Source: Atractiella rhizophila (taxonomy: Eukaryota). From it: DNA of 64,000 nucleotides. Within the stretch, counting starts at the first letter, position 1; each line of letters starts with the position of its first letter. The DNA is taken from contig MU271414.1 of NCBI GenBank assembly GCA_021432655.1, forward strand, positions 1-64,000, written 5' to 3'. The translations under genes were made by a program, and so were the position numbers. Positions 58,824 through 64,000 of this stretch are shown here, one piece after another. The notes under the pieces are model-generated. The model was not told where the DNA came from and ran no database searches. It saw only the letters and a program-made list of their open reading frames with translations.

Positions 58824-59496
58824 ATTCCCTTCACAACTGGTCCTTCTGGCTTTCTTCCTTAATTTTGATTTGTCATTTGAGTTGTCTTCTTGCATATTAT
58901 CACTTCGCCAATTTTTGAACATCAAAACCAATGAAATGCATCTTGTTTTGTGGGAAAACAGCCCTTTTGCAACATTCCAATCTATTTATCTGATCATTGA
59001 AGCGAAAAGAACAAGGCGAAGGGGAAGGATGATGCGTTTGATTCATTCAGACTTGGAACCATATAGCAAATAACATCCGGAACAAGTTGAGAACATTCGT
59101 ACATGATACTGAGAAGGAAGAGGGAATTGGATGTCGCGAATCCACCAAGTCATTTCTGAGATAGAGACCCGAAAGATAAGATGTTTGAAAGTGAACATAC
59201 AATGATTCTGAGCTACGAACGCAAGCCATCACACCACACCACACCACCCATTGCGAACATCGTACACCCCGTACACCCGCGTCAACGTTGACAACACAAT
59301 GGGAATGTCAGCCCAAGCAAAAAAAAGAGGTAACAAGACATGATTGACAACCTGGTCCCATCGATCGCAGGAACGATGATGAGGGAACGATGAGAACGAG
59401 TAAAATTGATTCAGGAGTTGAAGGAGATGCTGCTATGAAGCATCAGCCGATTTCGCAAAGAAAACGAGCAGTGTGAGAAGGAACTTACATGAAGAT

Positions 59497-61207
59497 CTAA
59501 TGAGAGAGAGCTCGATCGCGCGGAGGAGGCTCGTACGTCCTAGGACGCCCATCGGCGTCTCTATAACTATGAGAATGTCTCTCCATTAAATCCTTCGCTG
59601 GCCCAAGTAACCTCGTAAACGCCTCCTTGTCCAAGACTGCAACCTTCAGCTTCGTCGTAGCCGTGACCGTTGCAGCTCTTGGGTTATCGTTGAGGAGTGC
59701 CAGTTCTATAGCACAAGAGAATGGGTACTCAGGATTGCAAACAGAAAGTGATGGATGACGGACCTCCAAAGTAATCTCCAACGGACAGCTCGTTAATCTT
59801 CACCCTCGAACCATCCTTCTCATCCACCACCTCTGCCACTCCGGCTTCCACGATATAGAATTCCTTTCCGACCTCCCCTTGATTGATCACATTCGTTCCT
59901 TCAGGATAGATTCTACTCTCCAAAGCATCCGCAATCTTGGACAACTCATATCGTTCCACCTTTTGAAGGAGCGGCAGTTTTTCCAAAAAGCTTTCGTAAC
60001 GAGTTCTCCGCATGTGAGTGTGAGCCATGATAGTGTAACGGAAGGTGATGCGATCTAGTTGCCAGACAGTGGAATCGACAGCTGCAACAATAGACGCAGC
60101 ACGAGGAGAGTTATACATCAGTGCTAGCTCGCCGAACGATGTTCCAGGTCCCTGAATTCCTCGAAAGGTTGCGCCAGGAGTCGGTGCGGTGGTACGGGGA
60201 GAGACCTCGAGCGGTGGAGGGACATAGTTTGAGTCGCGTGGTTCAGCCTTCCAGATATCGAACTCTCCCGATTCGACGACGTAAAAATGATCCCCCTGAT
60301 CCCCTTGAGTGATGATCGGTTGACCAGCGGCAACCTTGACTTCTTGCATGGCGTTCACGATATCGTCATATTGCTCATCCGACATTTCTTTGAAGAGCAA
60401 ATTGGACGAAATGGCCTTTTGGATCCTCCTCAACTGGTCCGCTGTCTTGGGAATCACGATCTTCTCGACTGGAGGAGGGGCGTTGGGATCCATTGATTCG
60501 GCGGATACTGAGTGTCTTCTGCCCAAATAGACGTCTTTGGGGATATCGAGGTGGTTATGTGACCCTCCGTACCCATGATGCGTCATCGAATGCGGCCCAG
60601 AGGCATAATCCACCACTCCTCCTCCTACTTGTGCTGCGTCGACCACCGGCCGTTCTCCGGTTTCTGCAATCTTCCCATCCTCGTTAGGATGCGTGTTGCG
60701 GAAATGACGTGGTGAGAGATGACCGTTCGAGGAGGTACTAGAACCCGCAGACATGGAGTATCCCGACGCGAATAGAGACATGCTTGCTGGTGCAGGTTGG
60801 GATTGGCGTGGTTCTTGGGGAAACTGAGATTGTTGGGGAAGTGGTTTTAGAACGGAAGAAGGGGATATGTTCTTGTTTTGTTGTTGTGGCAAGCCGGTAT
60901 TGGGCTGAGGTGGGAGGTAGACGCCGAACTCTCCAAACCCCGAATTTCTCGTCAAAGAAAAAGCACTTGCCTTTCCCGCTTTAGCTCCTGCAACACTAGC
61001 AGGTGTTGAATCCTGATCTTGAGAAGGAAAGCTGAAAGTAGTGGCCCTTTGAATCCTGAGGCAATCGCCCAACCAATCGTAGGCAAACTGGACCGCGTCT
61101 TGGGGTTTGTGTTGCTCGAATTCGCGCGAGAGTTCGTACAACAATCGCGCGCAATTGTCGGGAAGCTGAGAGGTGAACGAGGTCGTCGTCGTAGCGAGGG
61201 CGGTCAT
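59497..61207 (-). CDS. BCY1: cAMP-dependent protein kinase regulatory subunit, 2 exons
   Basis: N-terminal dimerisation/docking domain, inhibitory RRHSVSAES site, two CNB domains ([30 protein letters not shown]). Confidence 0.97.
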
Positions 61208-61602
61208 GGAGAAGATGCTAGCTCTTTATGGGGATCTGAACCAATCTGAGCAACAGTCGACAAGGAAGATTCTGAACAAAGGGACTACTTCGCGTGGCAA
61301 GTGCTAACCTTATCTAAGCCATCTCGCAGAGGAGAAATTTGTTTGTCGCCGATCACGTGATATATCTTTTGGTTTGGACTTGTGAAGTTGAAGCAACGTT
61401 GAAGCTCTAGAAAGCAGCGGCCCTGAGCAAACCAGGGCGAGTTTTGCCTCCAATATAAGTAGTATATAAATCTATTGCCATCTCCATATGCAGGCGAATG
61501 AAACAACAAGCAACAATTGCATCTACAACGATCCACTCAACAATTCGTCAAAGCCTATCTCTCTTCATGGTATCGCTAGTGAGAGGAAAGGGCAGCTAGC
61601 TC

Positions 61603-63036
61603 CTAGAAGGTGCTTGCACTGATCTCGAACACTCTCGCAACGCCATCTTCTCCCGCGGTTATCACCGCTCTTCCATCTCTGGTCCACTTCACATCATTGA
61701 CGATGCTCTTGTTTCCGGTCAATGTCCCCTTCACAGTCCCAGTGCGCAGGTCCCAAATTTTGCATGTACCATCAGAAGAACCCGTGACAAATGTAAGATT
61801 GAAAAAATCAAGCGATGTCACTGCGTCCTATTTCATCCTCCGCATCAGCATTCCCTAGAGGGATGGATGAAGGAAGTTGAGACAAACATCGTGCGTTCCT
61901 GTCGATCGAACCCTTCCTGTACTTAAGTCCCAAATGACGACCTTTCCATCCGTCGCCGCGCTCACAAACAGTTCTCCTCCGCCAACTCCTCCCCCACTTC
62001 CAGTGGCAGTACTCGCGAACCCGATAGCCTCCACACTTGATTCCTCCTCATGTCCCTCCAAAGCATTCAGGACTGTCCCATCACCGACATTCACGATGCG
62101 CAAACCTCCTCCTTCTGCTCCTCCAACGATGGCTAACGTTCCCAATGGGTTGACCGTGAGTGATGTAATACCACCAGGAAGAGAAAAGCGTGCGTCTGAT
62201 GGAAGGAGCTTGTGCACAGGGCTGCCGGTTTTGGGATCCCAGATTATCAGTGTCCCATCTTCTGAGGAGGAAATAAGAGTCTTTCCATCCCCTGTCCAGC
62301 GGAGGTTGGTAATTGGCGTGGAGTGAGACGAAAGAACGTGCATCGTTCGACCTGAGGGCACTGCAATTCCCACCGTCAAGAGGTCAATACGGTACAGCAA
62401 GCGTGAGTGGAAGACAGACGGTAAAACATAAATACTAAGCCATCATTGCCTCCCACAGCCAAGACAGAACCGACAGGATGCCATGCTATACTCTGATATG
62501 AAATGAAAAGTTAGTATTTTGCAGGAGAAAGGACCATAACAGCGCACATTAACTTCCTCTGGTCCCTCAAGCTCAACGCAAAACTCCCACTCCTGCCAAC
62601 TCTCGTTCTTAGCTTTCCACACTCTCGTCTTTCCATCCATTCCTGCGGTCGCCACAAAGTTGCCATCATGGCTAAACCCTGAAGCGGTAACGCTATCTGT
62701 ATGACCATCGAGCAGCTGCAGTTGCTCTCCTGTCTTTGAATCCCAGAGAAAGCCACGATCGTCTTCTCCCCCAGATACGACCAGCGACGATCCCGGATGC
62801 ACAGACAAGGTGAAGATGGGTTTATTGTGTCCTCTGAACTGAATCGAGGAGATGTCAGGGTAATCGAACGCGTTCTCTCCTTCATCATCTTCCTCCATTG
62901 GCTCCCCTCCTTCTCCTTCCTCTGGTCCATCGTACACCTCTAAAATATCCTCTGGATTCAACTCGCTGAAATCATCATCGTCGGAATCTCCAGTGTGCGC
63001 GTGCAACTGAGCAGGATTAGAAGCCCGATTCTGCAT
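61603..63036 (-). CDS. SQT1: WD40-repeat ribosome assembly chaperone Sqt1/AAMP-like, 4 exons
   Basis: Acidic N-terminus, SGGEDDRGFLW, GHTDSV...FSHDGNFVATAGMDG, EGPEEVN|SIAWHP. Confidence 0.85.
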
Positions 63037-63293
63037 CTCCTTGTCTTGAATGTAGCTGATCTATTCAGAGGGCGTCGATTGTGTTTTGGAAGACCTGCAG
63101 GAATACCTGAGGAAAGATTTTATGGCTGGAGAAAACCAGACACACGAGACGCAGAAAAATCCCCCAGAACGCCCAGATCTAAAAGCTCACATATATTACA
63201 ACAACAACACAACACAGACACGCCGAAAAAGCGCCCCAAAATACTCCGCCAAAAATAACACCCCCGAAAACCCAAGAAACCCCAATTGCAATT

Positions 63294-64000
63294 ATGGATT
63301 CAGCGGAGCAGAAGGAAGCGTTGTTTGCACTTTTGGATGAGGTTCGTCTTTGAGTCACCCCCAAGCGCAAAGCATCTGTTCAAATGCTCACACGAAAATA
63401 TAAATATGGTATGTATTTAAACGATGTAAACAGTACTTTGCTTCCCGCCCACATCTCTTTTCGCCTTCTGCACCCTCTCCAGAAGCGACAAAATCAGCCG
63501 CAAACGCCTTCGTCTCTCTCGCCTCCTCCAATCCCTCCCTCGTTTCCAAAGCCATCCACTCCCACAATCCCAACGACCCGCACGCCGGAAAGAAAGCCGA
63601 GGTGGCCAACAAGGCTCTTGGATTCGCAGCGCGCAACCCGAGCATCGTCAACAAGGTCGTGGATGGAGCTAGGAGCCTGCCACCGAAAGCTCCTGCACAA
63701 GCTGCTGAGACGCCTTCTCCTCCTCTTCCCCCACAAACTTCTTCGTACAATAGACCTTCCCCAGCGGTGTCACCACCGGCAGCGCCGACTCTCGCTGCTC
63801 CAACACCACCAGTCGCAAAGAGTCGCTTCACTCCTTCTGGATTGACGACCACAAAATCGATTGGATCTTTGGAAACAACGAGCGGCAGAGCGGTGGGTTT
63901 TCCTGTCTTCTCCTTCTCCTCAGACATCCCCACTAAATGTCCGCCTCCCAGGCATTTGGATCACTTTTCAAGAAAGATCCAGTCCCTCCAAAATCCTACG
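63294..64000 (+). CDS. Proline-rich hypothetical protein, 5' partial
   Basis: MDSAEQKEALFALLDE|YFASRPHLF...PPKAPAQ...GLTTTKSIGSLETTSGRA|AFGSLF; runs off the window. Confidence 0.65.

Larger units (their letters stand above)
54243..58884 (+). repeat. Direct tandem duplication of a ~2.32-kb unit (54243-56562 and 56564-58884)
   Basis: Both units begin TGATTTGTACTTCTTGGATACTACATGG and end TCATTTGAGTTG. Confidence 0.97.

Overview
This is gene-dense, intron-rich fungal genomic DNA. It is probably a basidiomycete, judged from ~45-60 nt introns, microexons and the protein families present; the taxon is inference only. By splicing manually I support about 28 protein-coding genes: TPP-dependent enzyme, Rpp20/Pop7-like, a tiny secreted Cys-rich peptide precursor, Tti2-like, NDUFA12, ERG28, a ~31-intron ABCC transporter, Nit3-like amidase, transmembrane RING-H2 ligase, M13 neprilysin, a secreted CrtC/Diels-Alderase-like protein, RPL35, DES1, OTU deubiquitinase, arrestin-like, SUZ protein, BNA1, RhoGDI, glucosidase I, HAD, CBM48 protein, Ipt1-like, Tim17-family-like, two tandem Cdt1-like copies, PKA regulatory subunit, Sqt1-like WD40, and a partial Pro-rich protein. 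I saw no tRNA, rRNA, CRISPR array or clear transposon. Most notable: (1) a Kex2-type precursor predicted to release a 13-residue, 4-Cys peptide (CFCDRAPLCPRIC) visible only after splicing; (2) a 2.3-kb tandem duplication of a Cdt1-like gene with patchy divergence; (3) at least seven GC-AG introns; (4) three outlier long introns, two with splice-site-proximal base pairing. All family assignments come from recalled motifs, not database searches.
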